Notes under the pieces: model-generated
What the model saw: only the letters and a program-made list of their open reading frames with translations
Told to the model about the DNA's origin: nothing
The model's database searches: none
DNA from: Pocillopora damicornis
Taxonomy: Eukaryota
Direction of reading: 5' to 3'
Length of the DNA stretch: 64,000 nucleotides
Assembly: GCF_003704095.1 (NCBI RefSeq)
Contig: NW_020846678.1
Coordinates: 248,001 to 312,000 of the forward strand
Program-made: the position numbers and the translations under genes
Shown here: positions 50,158 to 63,864 of the stretch, one piece after another
Layout: every line of letters begins with the position of its first letter
How positions within the stretch are numbered: the stretch's first letter is position 1

Positions 50158-53100
50158 GGTGAACGCTGCGTCCAACTCACTGACCAGGATCTCTCTGCGA
50201 AACGATTCCTCTGTAAAAGTCAACAATTGATAATCCTTTCCTTAGATTCTCCTCTTGCGAAAACATAAATACAAGAGTATGGTCTGGAATGTAGATTAAG
50301 AGTGATTGATAAGCAGTAGGCGGTGTCACGGCTAGGAGTTTCAATCATCAAACTGGAGCACTGTAAAAGCCTACAGATTATATTCAGGTTAACTTATTCC
50401 CTCTCTGTGAGGTGTTTATTTAACCCGAGACGTCTGCTGCCCAAATACTAATAAACTAAATAAAAACTAATAAACAAATACTAATAAATCAATTCAAATC
50501 CTTCAACAAATGCCGCTTTTCAAGTTGTGCCACGTGCTGTATGCGCGCGTGAGAATTCGGCAAACCATGCAGTTATATTTTTAACCCTTTCCCAATCCCC
50601 AATATTTAATATCAACTCTCCGCTCTGTTTGCTAAACGAAATCTAAAATTTTAGCTCTGAGAATTTCGTGTTACATCAAACGTTGTCGTGTAGTTCTTAT
50701 TTTTCTTTCTTCTCCGCACCTTTGTGCTCGAAATTGTATCGACAATGGAAAGAGGAATTCCTCTTTGGTCAATTCTGGCGATTAACAGGTCGAAGGTCTT
50801 AAGGCTCTCTCTATTTACGTCATGCTCTTCCTTAAAATGTACGGAATGCCCTCCCGAAAGGGCTAAAATAGAAATAAGGCTGGCAAATCGACAAAATGTT
50901 AAGAAGTTTGGATCATCATCGAAAGGAATTAACCCACCAACGCTGGTTTATTTTTTTGCTCCGTTCATTGTGATCATTTCATTATTAAATCAAGTTTGCA
51001 AGGAGCCTAACATAAGCGCAATTGTCTTGACCTACTCATGCTAGATTCTTCTTTTATGTTATTTTTTTCTTTTTTATCTTCATATTTTTTTTTTGTCTTG
51101 TTTTTGTTCAAGAGATAAAAAAACGTGACTTAGCGATCCCTATCAGATTATTATCGGGTCAGGTAACATTCACCAGACGTTAACCTTGTCTATCACTAAT
51201 TAAGTGCATATAGTTTATAATAAGCAGTATTTTGATATGGGGCGCGACATAAACGATAACATTGGACCATCTCGATAGTAGCAATTTGTTATCCGAACGC
51301 CCGGCGTCTTCGCCTCACCGATCATACTGCGCTGCACGAAAGAATAGCAACAGTTACTTGTACATCATTTCTCAGCCGGAAGTGAAGTTATTGTAATGCT
51401 TAATCCTCTTCTTTTCAATCAACGAGGTGCATAACCTGGCTTAAGTAATTTTAGATTCACACGACGCCAAAAAGCATCTTGTTTGGTACAATAAGCTACT
51501 CTAGCCACGTTCTCATCATCTTGAATACAGACAAGATAAGTTCTCCTATTGATATAGAGCCGTCTATTGAGTAAAACGATTTTATCAATTATTTTATTCT
51601 TCAGAGAACCAGTTGAGCACTTCTTCTTCTTCTTAAAAAAAAAAACTCTATCCAGTATATTGTAAGATACGATTTTGTGAAAGACTCAGTATTCATTCTT
51701 GACCATAAGCCAATTTTGGGATTTAGGGAAGTTATCACGGGAACTTACTGGTTAGCTAAAATCTAAGTAGAATCTTTGAATACACAAACAGATTTTAAGC
51801 CTCAAATGTAATAACGTCTGACAGCAGTTTCGCCGACAGAAACAATCAGAAAATTAAAAAAATTGAGAAACTCTACGGGAAAGTCGACCCTTTCGCTGTA
51901 AGAAATATAATGTTCCGCTCCAGGTCACAAAAAAAAAAAAAGAAATGGGCAATTGGGTTACCTTTGCATTTCCGTTGCACTCTGCTTAACCGCGCGGTCT
52001 AGCGTCGTGTTGTTGGAGGCAACTGTATGCAAGATGGTTAACCATCTCAGAAATTATCGACTGATTTCGAAACCAATTCATCCTATAAATTTATCGTAAA
52101 TTCAATTAAAATGTTTGTTTTTTTTTAACAAATCCCATTGGAGCATAATGAGGTAATTATCTCATACTATTAATCTCGATCTTTCGGTATATTTTAGGTA
52201 TTTTGATTTGCAACTGACATTTTCTTCCTTTTTTTAAGTTTTCTTTGTCTTTTAAGAGAGTTAAGGATCTTCATTACGCATTGGACCACGAAGCCGATGC
52301 TTCAGTTGCGTTTTTAAATGGTTACTTTGACACTTGCAATAGTGAACATAGTTCAAATATATTATTCTACCAACAATTAATGGAACTCAGACATGAACAT
52401 CAGCCGGAGAGCTTTGCCTAGACAACACAGCAAATTTTCCGTCAAATTTTATAGGAAAATGTAAGGAAATTAGACAAGAAAATTGGTAATCGAATCTTGA
52501 GAGTTTTAAAAAAGGGTCAAGAGAAAATGACGGTTTTAGGGTCAATTTTTGCCGTAGCTATACAAGAGGGTATAATGGTGGCGAGGCCGGGGATGGCTTT
52601 GAAGGTTGACGATCAATTTGTCTTGGATCTTAATGGTTGACAGATTAGTTGACATTGTTACTAGGAAAATTTTTTAGTACATCATACTTTTTGTATCTTG
52701 TACTGACGAAATGAGGTTAAATGTATTTCTTAGAGAGGTACTTTTAGCAATTACTAATAAATAAATTTCAGTTCCTAATATCATGGGTTCAAATTTCGCC
52801 TGCAGAATACAAAGATGTCAGATGACTTGTCACGATCGTGAGCAAAAATTATAATCTCTTTGCGTGGGACAAGAAAACAATTTGACTCCCCCATAAGGAA
52901 TTGAATCACAAACCTTCGGATTCCATGCTCTGAAAACATCGTATTATTCCTTGTGTAAGCAAAAGGAATAAGGAAGCTGGTAAACTTTAAGACCTTACTC
53001 CTCAAGAACTGAGCATAGTATGGGAAAGTTAATAGTAATACTCTTCTCGAGGCTCATCTTGCATATCCTAATACATAGTTCTGTCACACAACATGCGGAT

Positions 53101-54349
53101 TTGCTATATATAGACGTAAGTCTTCGCTTTTCAAGTTTGACGTGGTGAATAAAGCTTATAGACTCTGTACGATCAAGTCGTGCTCCCCAGATGTGCCGCC
53201 AACTTCGAGACTTACGAAAAATAAAAACTAAAAAAAACATATAGAACCGAGAAACCGCCGGAAATTTTTATCGAAAGCGAAAACTGCATACAGCACTTCT
53301 TTGAAAAATGCGTTGAGAGACGTTATGAGGCTCATTGAAAAATCTTTTCCGATCTCTTGGCAGCAGAGTAATGGCACGTGTTTGTGGTAAAGGTGATTAA
53401 TTTCCAAACAGAAATCGGAAACCAGAAGGGAAATACCAAAAATCATATCCGGATACCAATTACGAAAAAGCCCTAGAAATTTTTCCAAAACCCTACAGCC
53501 GAAAAAGAGAAAAACCGCAAAACCGATTTCCGGTGCTCAAACCGAGACCCGATACTAATTAATAAAGATAAAAAGCGAAAATCCCAACTTCCTCTCCGAA
53601 ACTGACTGGCGCTTTTGTTTTCGCTAACACGAAGAGTGGCGAAGCCGCGAAAGGCTTGAGACGGAAAATGATCTTTTTTCCAATCGCAGCTTCGTTCATT
53701 CTGCATCTAGAGGAGAAATTAAATGCCCGACTTTTAACTTGAAAAAAAATATATTTATGGAGGTAAAAGACGGAAGACTTAAAACTATTTTCATCGTTAT
53801 GAATCCAATAACTTAAACACACATAAGAGACAAAGAAACACAGAACTGGAGCGAGGTTAGCTATTTTTCACACGTATCTCAAACGTTGTAAGGTTTCCAA
53901 ATGCAACCCTTTTCCCATAAACATCCATTATCGTACTATGCACCAACAACGCAATAATTGTTCTGTAAATAGATTATTGTAATAAGAAAAACAAAACAAA
54001 ACAAAAAAAAGCAAAATGAAGGGAAAGTGTCTGTGCTTTACTGAATTATATGTGGGTGTTGTTAGCAATGCTCTCCTGGATGCAGATTGATTTTGTTGCA
54101 AATCCGTATATAAATTTAATTATTGGATTCTCTACGTCTAGAGATAAAGCGCCAATTGTAAAGAGGCATCTGTTTATTTGGTCAAATTTTATTCCGAGCG
54201 TGGCTTTGTCCTCACTTAAATTGAACAGAAACTTAAAAATGAAATAAAATGGGGAAAAAAAGAATAATAAAAAAAAACCAGTAACGAGTTGATGGTAACT
54301 GTGGTCAATTGCATTTAAAGCCATGTGGTGACGGCAGCGGCATTCGACT

Positions 54350-57300
54350 TGTATCTAGTCCTGCTCAAATTGAACGTGCCATTTTGTTAAAAAAAATTCG
54401 AACATCAAAGGAGCAATTAGCTGTTGATGAAAGCACTTTCAAATGCAAACTGATCAGTGCACGTCGACTGGTTCAGTTAATTGCTATCGCTCTAATTTGC
54501 CATATGATATTTCAAGTGTAAATTGCTTCAACATGCAATGCCCCTTTTGTTGTTCTGACGAACGTTATTTAGTAATCATCATCATTATTCAGCAATCAGT
54601 ACTAACTTTTTCGCTGATTTCTCCTCGATTCACGCACAACTCAAAACGGTATGACGTAGGGATGCAGCCATAGCCAATGTGATTTCATGACCCAACATCA
54701 CTGCCAAAAGTATCTTGCGCGAAAAAGGGATGGTAAATTTTGAGGTCAATCATCGTATAAAAAAATGTCATTCTTACAGTCACGATCGTGCATGGAACAG
54801 AGGAAACATGATTTAAATCATTCCAGCAGTAGAGGTTTTTATTGCATGGTTGTTGCCAGTTTAGTAAGGGCGTTTGCTGTTTTGGTATGAAGAGCGTTTG
54901 CAGTCCTGAGTTAACTGCACACGCGTTCTTCTTGCATCTAATTCTAGGCACGTTTAACGTGCCATTTCTTGAGGCTAATATCCTTATGAAGCTTAGATCA
55001 AAGAGGGAAACGGCTGCAGATATCAATCTTTTCAAACACAAACGTTATCAGTGCACGTGCATGGGTTTTGTTGAAGTCATTGCACTAAACAGACTAGCGA
55101 CGTACAATCACGATCGTTCATGGAGTAAAGGAAACATGATTTGAATCATTCCAGCAGTGGAGGTTTACATTGCATGGTTGTTACCAGTTTCAAGTAAGGG
55201 CGTTTGCTGTTTTGATATCGAAAACGTTTGCAGTCCTGAGTTAACGGCACGTGCGTTCTTCTTGCATCTAATTTTGGGCACGTTTAACGTGCCATTCTTG
55301 AAGCGAACATCTTCATGAAGCTTAGATAAAAGTGAGAAAAACCTGTAGATGACAATCTTTTTAAATGCAAACCTTATCAGTGCACAAACATGGGTTTTGT
55401 TAACGATATCGCACTAAACTGACTAGCTTCAGCACGGATGCACGTTGTTTTACGTAATAATTCAATGACAAGTCAGCACACAAAAGAGAACTGAGTGCAT
55501 TTTCTGTGCCTCTGCTGTAACTCTGACGAAGTAAGAAGCAGTAAAACTAACATTTTTGGTCGGCGTTGAGAACATTGGCTTTCGAACATCTAAACACGAA
55601 TCGTTCTAAAATAAGTTAAGAACACAGCGCTCTGAAATTTTGGAGGACAGAAAATGGGGAAAAGGGAGAATCTATGTCACCGAGATGCCGCGAGTGTCCA
55701 CACCTAAAATCAACTATATCCTCGATTCACTCCTACATGTAAATATATACATACGTTCCAAAACTGGTGCCCTTTCCTCGAAAATGTCTGGAAACGGTCT
55801 TTACTCAATGGATGTCTCAGAAGATTTCAAGAGTTGCAGAGGTTAGACTGATTTATCAGTCAAGTTAACGTAACAACAAAATACCTTTCGTTCCAAGTTT
55901 GAAGATAAAGACATCATATCGGTAGCGATAAATATGTAGAGGTAACCTTTTATGCTTTTGGTTCTCACATGGTATATGAACATTGGTGAGCGCAAGTCCT
56001 CAAAGGCAAGGAAAGGGGGTAAGCACTCTTCAGGAACTGCTGAAAGGGATCTCCAAATCCTGATCCTATTTCAGACCAAAGTATATCACTTTCCACTCCC
56101 ATTTTAAGACGAAGCATCATAAATCCATACCCTTTACAGAACTGCTGGCATCAAAGTCGAGGGTGACCGATAAAGAACTTCCATGCGGTACCGACACGTG
56201 CGTTTACCTTGTGTCTTATCCTTGGCACGTTGAACGTGCCTTTTTTTTTGTTTTTTTTTGTTTTTTTTGTTTTTTTTTACTTCTCCTTATTATCTGCCCG
56301 AGACTTTAGGATTAAAAGGGCACAGATATTTTTATGAGAATTATTTTAAATAAAAACTTCTCACTGCACGTGGGTGGGTTTGGTTCATCGCCATCCCTAG
56401 TTGGATATGAGACTTTCTCAAAGGCAATAGAGGAGGGCCTGATCTTCAAATATAGCGCAATGATTCCTTCCAACCATTATAAGGAGAACTCGATAGTGTG
56501 CCCGGAGTATGCTAGGTTCGAAAGTGACAAGCTTCCTGCAAACTGCTAGGATCGGCGCTGTCGGAAGCATTGTATATGTGAATAGATAAAGGGCAATGGT
56601 CGATCGAAGTTCGATCATTCACTGATGAAAATCGTCATGAGGAAAGTTGTCTTTTTGTCTTGTCTCGAGGATGGGCCAAAGAAGACGTTCTGAGTACCTT
56701 TGAGGAATTGAACCTCAGAGATTCGGATTCCGCGCTCATAATGTTTCAAGCCTTCTGTATACTGCTTGGATGGTCAATTTTGGGTTCGGAGTCGAATAAA
56801 GAAACAAATAATCTGTTTGGCCTCGATCGTGGCATCGGAAGTTTGCACCTCATTGTCGGTGGCAATGTAGCAAGAAATTTTGCTTCCTTAGCCTTAGTTA
56901 CGTTTCCAACCGTGAGGTATACTTCCACGTGCGTTCGTCTTGCGTAAACCTTAGGCACGTTTATCGTGCCTTTCTCCTCAATCTAATATCTGGAGGATGC
57001 CTCGTAGAGATCAAAGGGGCAAACAGCTGTTGATGACAATTTTTAACATGCGAAACTTATCAGTGCACGTGCACGGGTTTAGTAGATCACTGCGGCACTA
57101 ACTTAATTTATCACAGATGGGGTGTGCATCGACTCACGCTGGAAATACAAGAACAAGTTAGCACGACGCAAAAGATCAGTACATGTTCCTTTACTAGCGC
57201 TGAAAAAGGGTATCATATTTAACACCGCAAGAATTAGTCACACTGATACCTCTGATCGGTGATGAAAACGTCTTTTGTCGAACATGAAAACTGTAACTTT

Positions 57301-58980
57301 TCCAAACCAAGTTGAGAACATAGTGCTTTGAAGTTTTGTGGGAATTGAGAATGGAATAATAGGAATCCATGTCACTAAAGTACATTTTCAACTAATTTGT
57401 TCAAGACATTTAAACATGCATACTTTCCAAGAGGCCTTTTCTAAGCATATGTCCGGAAACGTTTCTTGCACCTCAGATGTTCCAGAATATTCCAAGAGTT
57501 GAAGAGGTTAGACTGATTTATCAAGTTAAAGAATTAAGTAACCTGACAACTTAATTCCTTTCGCTCCAAGTCAGACGATAGATATATATATCGGTAACGA
57601 AAAAGAATTTGTCACTTTTTCAGCTTTTCTGTTTTACACATGGAACGCTGGTGAAATCGAGTCCCTTTGGGACCGAGAAAGGGGTCACTCTTTGGGAATG
57701 CGTGTAAGGGATGTGCCGTTAGGTTCTCCACATCCTGACCTTATTTCATGCCAAAGTATGCTATTTTTGACTTCTGCTGTAAAACAAAGCATGCTAAATC
57801 CATACCTGATATCGTATTAGAGTCAAGCCGTATTGATAAAGAACGCACGTGCGATAACGGCAACTGGGTTTGCTTTACTTCTCACTCAAGGCACGTTCAG
57901 ATGATAAACCATGATCTCTTCAATTCTTCTCCGTTTCTGCCCGAGGCTTCAAGATCAAAGGGTTATCAATTGCAAAGAGGCAACAGCTTTCGACGACAAT
58001 CCATTTGAATGTAAAACTTATAAAGGCACGCAAATGGATTTGGTTTATTACCATCCCATTGAATTGAATTTGTTCAGAACTTTCTTTCCAATATAGTAGA
58101 CGGGGCCTGATATTCAGATTTTGCACTCCAGTGCACGCTAAGTTCATATATGGAAAGTTTTCTGCGTGCCACTTGAATCAGCCAAGTCGAAAGCTTTAGT
58201 AAGTGAAGTGAGTGAAAAAAGAAGGTCAATTTTAAGTTCGATCGTCCAGTAAATAACATGTTGTCCGTCTAGTCTCAATCATGGGACAGAGGAAAAAAGA
58301 GACATGAAATAACCCAGCAGCGGAGTTTTCCATTTTATCGATGCTGCCTGTCTAGTAAGATTGTTTTTCAGTGCCTTCATATCCATGCGGATGTGGCACG
58401 TGCTTTCGTCTCGCACAACTCCTGGGCACGTTTGACATGCAATTTTCCTTATGCTGATATCTGCAGCAAGCTTATAAGATCAAAGGGGAAAATAGCTGTT
58501 GATGACAATCCCTTTTGAAATGCAAAATTTATCAGTGCACGTGCATGGGTTGGGTTGATCACCGTGGAATCTGCTTAATTTGTTACAATTACTTTCCTAC
58601 TGAATGAGTAAAGATTAGTACATAATTATGTTCCTGTAATGACACTGACCAGGGGTATTATATCTGATGACTGATTAAGAACTGGCAACAATGTAACTTC
58701 TGATCGGTGTTGAGAACGTTTTTGTTTGAACATTAAAGCTGCAACGTTTCAAATCTATCGAAATCTAAATTAAGAACAAAGCGTCGTGAAGGCTTGGAGA
58801 ATGTAGAATGGAGTAGCGAAAATCCGTATCACTAAGGCACACGTTCACATGGGTAAGATCACCCATACATACCAAGAAGCTCTTTAGAAGAAAATGTCTG
58901 GAAACGGCCTTTGCTCTACCGATGTTCCAGAAGATTTCAAGAGTTAGAGAGTTTAGACTGATGTTCCATGTCAGACGATA
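54350..58980. repeat. Decayed tandem array: seven ~130-150-bp motif modules within ~1.5-1.7-kb higher-order units, plus a 330-bp tandem duplication
   Basis: The module GGCACGTTTAACGTGCC...AGATCAAAG...GCTGTTGATGACAAT...CTTATCAGTGCACGTGC occurs at ~54372, 54947, 55277, 56224, 56954, 57890 and 58425. The block CAAGAGTT..AGAG.TTAGACTGAT occurs at ~55828, ~57493 and ~58938. 54775-55100 is duplicated at 55103-55430. Confidence 0.85.
56015..56140. repeat. Interspersed repeat fragment duplicated with the array
   Basis: TCTCCA.ATCCTGA.CCTATTTCA..CCAAAGTAT...AAATCCATACC recurs at ~57680-57810, with a more decayed relative near 59580-59760. Confidence 0.6.
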
Positions 58981-60412
58981 ATAATTCATAGTTTCCTTCT
59001 TTACTTAACCTTTACACCTTAGGATCAGTATGCATATTCTCCATACTGTTATCCGTACATCTCCAAAGAGGCTGACAAGGAGAATTTGTTAAACAATCGA
59101 GAGCTGCTTTAGTTGGTGATCATCTCCTCTATTCTCATGACTTTCATGTTTGATTCAGGGGTGACATAGTAAGGAGAAATTAGACGCTAGTCACTCTTAA
59201 GGGCTGAAGGGTAGACTAATATATTCCATGTTGCTGTGCTTCTGTTCAGTAACAGAACACAGATGAGGTCAAAGAATGGCAAATAAAAAAAAGTGGCACA
59301 CGCAGCATAGCTGAGTGCGTGACTGATGTTCTAACCACATTTTGACGTCTGCTGTGATCTGTTTCTGAACAGACACTCGATAAAGTGGAACCTTTCGGTT
59401 TTGGATGATACGACAGCGAAGCAAAATATTGTTGATAGTGACGTCATCTAAAAGTCCGTCCTTCAACAGTTCATGAGTGGAAACCAACCAAAATGCGTGC
59501 GTTACTTGGCCTTTTGATATAATAGCGAATGAAAATAGTCACATGGGGCCGGAGGGGGGGAAAGAGGGGAAAAGCGGGGTGAGGATACTTCTCGGTGTTC
59601 TCCATACTCTGACAAATGATACATTTTGGTTTCGTCCCTTTTAACTTAGACTCATTTTGAATTGAAAAGAAAAATCCGTTTTTTTTTGTGGTTCCCCTAG
59701 ATTGAGACCATAATGGTGAAAATTTATACTCTACGCAAAATCATTCATACCCCTGGGGAAGACGGGGAGCAAAGTGGCGGAGGAAGTAGGTGCACTCTCC
59801 TTCATAGCTTACAGCCCGGGCTTGAAGGACCAAAGGATATCGTAACAACAACATTACGCTTTAGTGCGTAATGGGGACCCCAGGAGCAAAGACAAGGCCC
59901 CATCCCTCCAAAAAAATCGTCTTTCTTGAAAAAACCAGTTCTTACCACATTCGTTTCACAAAGATGACTTCCATTTAATCATATAACCGGGCTCATGTAG
60001 CTTTGTTAATTTTACCAAGGACGTAATGTTCGGAGTTTCGAACTTTTTGACGAGTTTTATAGTTTTGCGATTTAAAGCGGAATTCCAAGAAATGTGTAGG
60101 AGCTACTCTTGGCACCCTACTTATCACCAAATTTACTATTTCACCACGTCATTTTACCAAATAAGGTAATGAGAACGCACAAAGTAGTACAGGGCAAAAA
60201 TACGGAGCAACAAATAGCCACACTGAACTGTCCAAACTTCGAATTTTTGTTTCTTTTGTTTGTTTTTGTTTGTTTGTTTGTTTTTTTGGGGGAGTTAATG
60301 ATGGAGCATTTTCGGTGTATCAGCGAATAGCTAAAATGTAAAATGTAAAATGCAAGAACCAAGCAATTAGAATTGCAGTCTTATAACTGACTACGTCGGT
60401 TAAAAGACGCGT

Positions 60413-63093
60413 CTACTTATTCAATAATTCTCGTATTATCTCTCTGTGCCTCGTAAACTCCTCTTCTGGTAACGTCGCACCTTTCATGTATTTACAGAAG
60501 AGTTCTTCATTGAATAGATCGTAGGTCTCTCTCGCTATAAGGAAAAAAAAATAGCTGCCTTCACAATAGCTACATACCTCCTCTTTCAGGTGAGTTTATA
60601 AAATACTTTTGAAGCTTTTGGTAGAAAATTGGATGCTGTTATTGAGTTCAATGCTAGGACCGTTCGTAAATAGAGTGTAGTTCGTTAAAACTTGAAACCA
60701 AACAAAATTATTTTTAAAAAAGACTTGCAAAGTAATATTTAGTGGTTTTATACTTAATTTGTTTGGCCTTTCCCTTTTTCCTTCCCAGTTCTTTTTTCTG
60801 TGAGTCCTAACAGGAATGTTTCTTAGCTGTGAAACAGGACCTCATACACACCACTTTTTAGTAAGACAGGAATTGCCCTTTCACATGAGTTTTCAATCGA
60901 AATTTACCAGCAAGCCTAAACTTTGTGCTCTAGAGGGAGTCTTTCTTGTTCATGTTGATACCTTTTGCAAACGGGCTATGGGTTTCTTCTGAAATTCAAC
61001 TCAGTCCTCGTTTTCAAGCTTTGCATCGTTTTGTACAGGTGAATGATTCAAGCAGTCTGGTGTGATTTAGAGTTTGCTATTATGTTTCAAAAAGTACAGA
61101 AAAAAAAATATCTGAACTTACTCTCTACTGAAACGTATCCAGAAAATTCAAAGGCAGCAGTGGGTCGTTCGTCCGCATCATAAGAACTCTTCACCTGGCT
61201 ACCTATAATCACACACACCAAACAGGTAAATGCATGGAACAAACACAAAACAAATTCGCATACAGTAAACAGACCTAGAGAAAGAAAGAGATCAAAAACG
61301 AGGCAAAACTTGTATTTAGAGATGAGTATTTAGTAGTTGCAAGGAGCAATGGCTCACACTCCATCAAGAATTGTACGGGCTTATCTCGAGGCGTGTGGGA
61401 CGTGGTAGCCTGGAGGTCAGCACTGGGAGAATTTTTCGGGAGATAACAAAAAACAAAACAAAAGAACAAACAAGCAAAGAGAACAAATCCCAGAAAATTC
61501 AGAGGGTGCTTGAGCATTGGTACGCGTTTTTATCGACTACAACACTAAAGTTACCTTTGTCCCACGTATTCAAAACAGCTAATTTTAATGGTTCGTGCTG
61601 CGGGGAAACGTTACTAAAAGGGGCCGAACTACAAAGCAGTAGACCCTGACTCTTTAAAGGCCTTCTCTCAACGCATGGGTGTAAATGGGCAGCAGATCTT
61701 TTAGCAGACCTAACACAAAAGCGATGGGGTTGAACGCTATGAATTGGATACCTTTGCTAGAAGTGAAGCAGTTCTCCTAGTTCATTATGCTCCAGAAACC
61801 ACCAAAATTAGCTCAGGCAAGCGTGAATCAGTGGGTCCGATCTTCACTGCACATTCATGCAAATTACTCACCGCTGACTGGGTTTCGAGGCCAAAGGAAG
61901 ACTCTGATCACAGGATGGCTGTTTCCTCCATTAACAAACTCGCCATTTTGAGTCCTTTGGCTGCATTTACTCCCCCGTAGAATAAGGAAGGTGTGCGCTA
62001 CTTCGTTTTCCACGAAATATGACGATACTTGATGTATTTTCCTGGACAGACAAAAAGAATGGCATAAAAAAAAAAGACCACCTCATAGGGAAAGACCTTT
62101 CAGAGAAAAATCACTCCACTTGGTCCTTCTTCCAATACCCGTTACTTCAACAGTTCTCCGAGAATATTTTCTGCGTTAAAATGGTACGTGACTCGATAGA
62201 GGGCACGGCCTCTGAGTTTAAAAGCAGGATGCCTTTCAACCAATAGACGGTAATTCCTCACTAATCGAGAATATCCATTCAAGCTGAAACTATGCACAAG
62301 TCTTTTTCTTACCAAGTTTCCCTAACGAGGCATATAACGAATACATTTTCGGAAAGTTGTCGAGATTTATCATGGCTGTTGTTTAAGTCCTTTACTGGTC
62401 ATTTCCTCTATTCTCAAGACCTAAATGCTTGATCAAATGGTGATATTTTAAGGAGAAATTAAATGCTAGTCACTCTTAGAGATCAAAGAGCTAAAAGACA
62501 TCCTGCTTTTAAACTCAGAGGCCGTGCCCTCCATCGAGCTATGTACCAAATTGTTCAGTCTGTGCGACTTTCGATATCGTGAACACGTATTTTAGCCAAA
62601 ACCAAACATAAGTGAGTTCACCTTCGTCGGTATCGTTGAGATTAATATTAAACTCCATGAACCGCTTTCTACGGTGTTACCCGTTGAGTGGCCACCTGTT
62701 TGTTTGTTTGTTCGCCTGTTTGCTGGTTTGATTTGTTAGTTGGTAATTTTCCTTACCTTGCTAACAAACTAACATCAGATTGTGGTCCCAGCTCAAAGAC
62801 AAGCGTATTTGTTGCATAGTCTCTAACTTCAAACACATCTTTACAGACAGGTATCACATCCTAATAATTTGGAAGAGAATAATACTCATATGTAAGTAAA
62901 TGTCGTCCATTTGAAAACTTTGAGGTCGAGTAAAAACGTTGGAGCGTTACCAAGACAAATAAATATACAAAGTCTGACAGACAAACTTACCACTGTCTCA
63001 AGATAGGAAGGGTGTTCACTGTACCAAATATGGAAATGTAGATGATTCACGGATGAATATGCGCACAAGCTGTTGAAACCCACCCGGAGTCCT
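60413..63093 (-). CDS. GDPGP1: GDP-D-glucose phosphorylase 1 (VTC2/GDPGP1 family, HIT superfamily), last five exons; 5' exons not identified in this window
   Basis: Exons 63093-62991 (GLRVGFNSLCAYSSVNHLHFHIWY), 62860-62757, 62041-61872 (ENEVAHTFLILRG...RVFLWPR), 61202-61122 (AAFEFSGYVSVE) and 60534-60413 (...IIRELLNK*). Phases are consistent, and the GFNS..A..SVNHLHxH signature is diagnostic. Confidence 0.9.
62181..62548. repeat. ~55-bp inverted-repeat pair in a GDPGP1 intron
   Basis: GAGGGCACGGCCTCTGAGTTTAAAAGCAGGATG (62200-62232) is the exact reverse complement of CATCCTGCTTTTAAACTCAGAGGCCGTGCCCTC (62499-62531). Confidence 0.85.
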
Positions 63094-63492
63094 CTGAAAG
63101 AAATAGATATAGAAAGGAATTCACCCCATTTACTTGTGCCGTTGTTCAATTCTATATTTAAGGAGTAGAAATTATGCTTTCATCAAGAGAGGCGATGTCT
63201 TAAGAACAACGAGTGTTCAAACGACATGTATGTCAGAGTCACAATATGTTGTCACAAAGTTAACTAAATCGTCTTCTTGTATCCAAAGGAATGAACATTG
63301 CAATCCTGGAAATTGAAGTGCAAGAGCCACCAGGCATTCCTCTTTTAGAGAAGCCGCGGACTCATGCCCTGCAAGACTATTTTGCTCCCCTTAAAAAGAC
63401 GAAACGCCAGATTACAGGTTAATAAAAGCTACGCTTTGGTATCATGCATTAGAATCACTTGCAACTTTACATGACGGGATAAATAAGCCAAG

Positions 63493-63864
63493 TTAAGCCT
63501 TAAACTCCCATGAGTAACCGAGACAGAATTTCTCCAATATCCATACAATAACAACCAGATAAGTGATGAGATTAGAAAAAACATCTATTTGGGAATAAGT
63601 TGATCCATTACTAAATTCTCAGAACTAACATTATAAGAATTTTTTGGTTGACAGTACTTCGAGAATTATAATTTTGATCTGGTTGCTAAAGGGTTAACTG
63701 TAACTGTGTGATAAGAAACCATCAGAAACCATGAGAATAAAGAAAAATATCGACTTTGGGTTGATTAGTTGATCCAATACTAAATTCTCTGAACTAACAT
63801 TCTAAGAATTGTATGGTTGACAGTAAGGAGAATTACAAATTTGATCTGGGAGTTAAAGGGTTAA
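63493..63864. mobile_element. Tandem TTAA-flanked MITE copies (one full, one 3' partial)
   Basis: Two successive ends ...TAAAGGGTTAA (63696 and 63864) share TAGTTGATCCA.TACTAAATTCTC.GAACTAACAT with the copy at 14171-14345. Confidence 0.75.

Noticed and set aside
54350-58980. CRISPR-like array of palindromic repeats
   Set aside because: Spacing is 330-950 bp and irregular, the intervening DNA is itself duplicated, there are no cas genes, and the context is eukaryotic.
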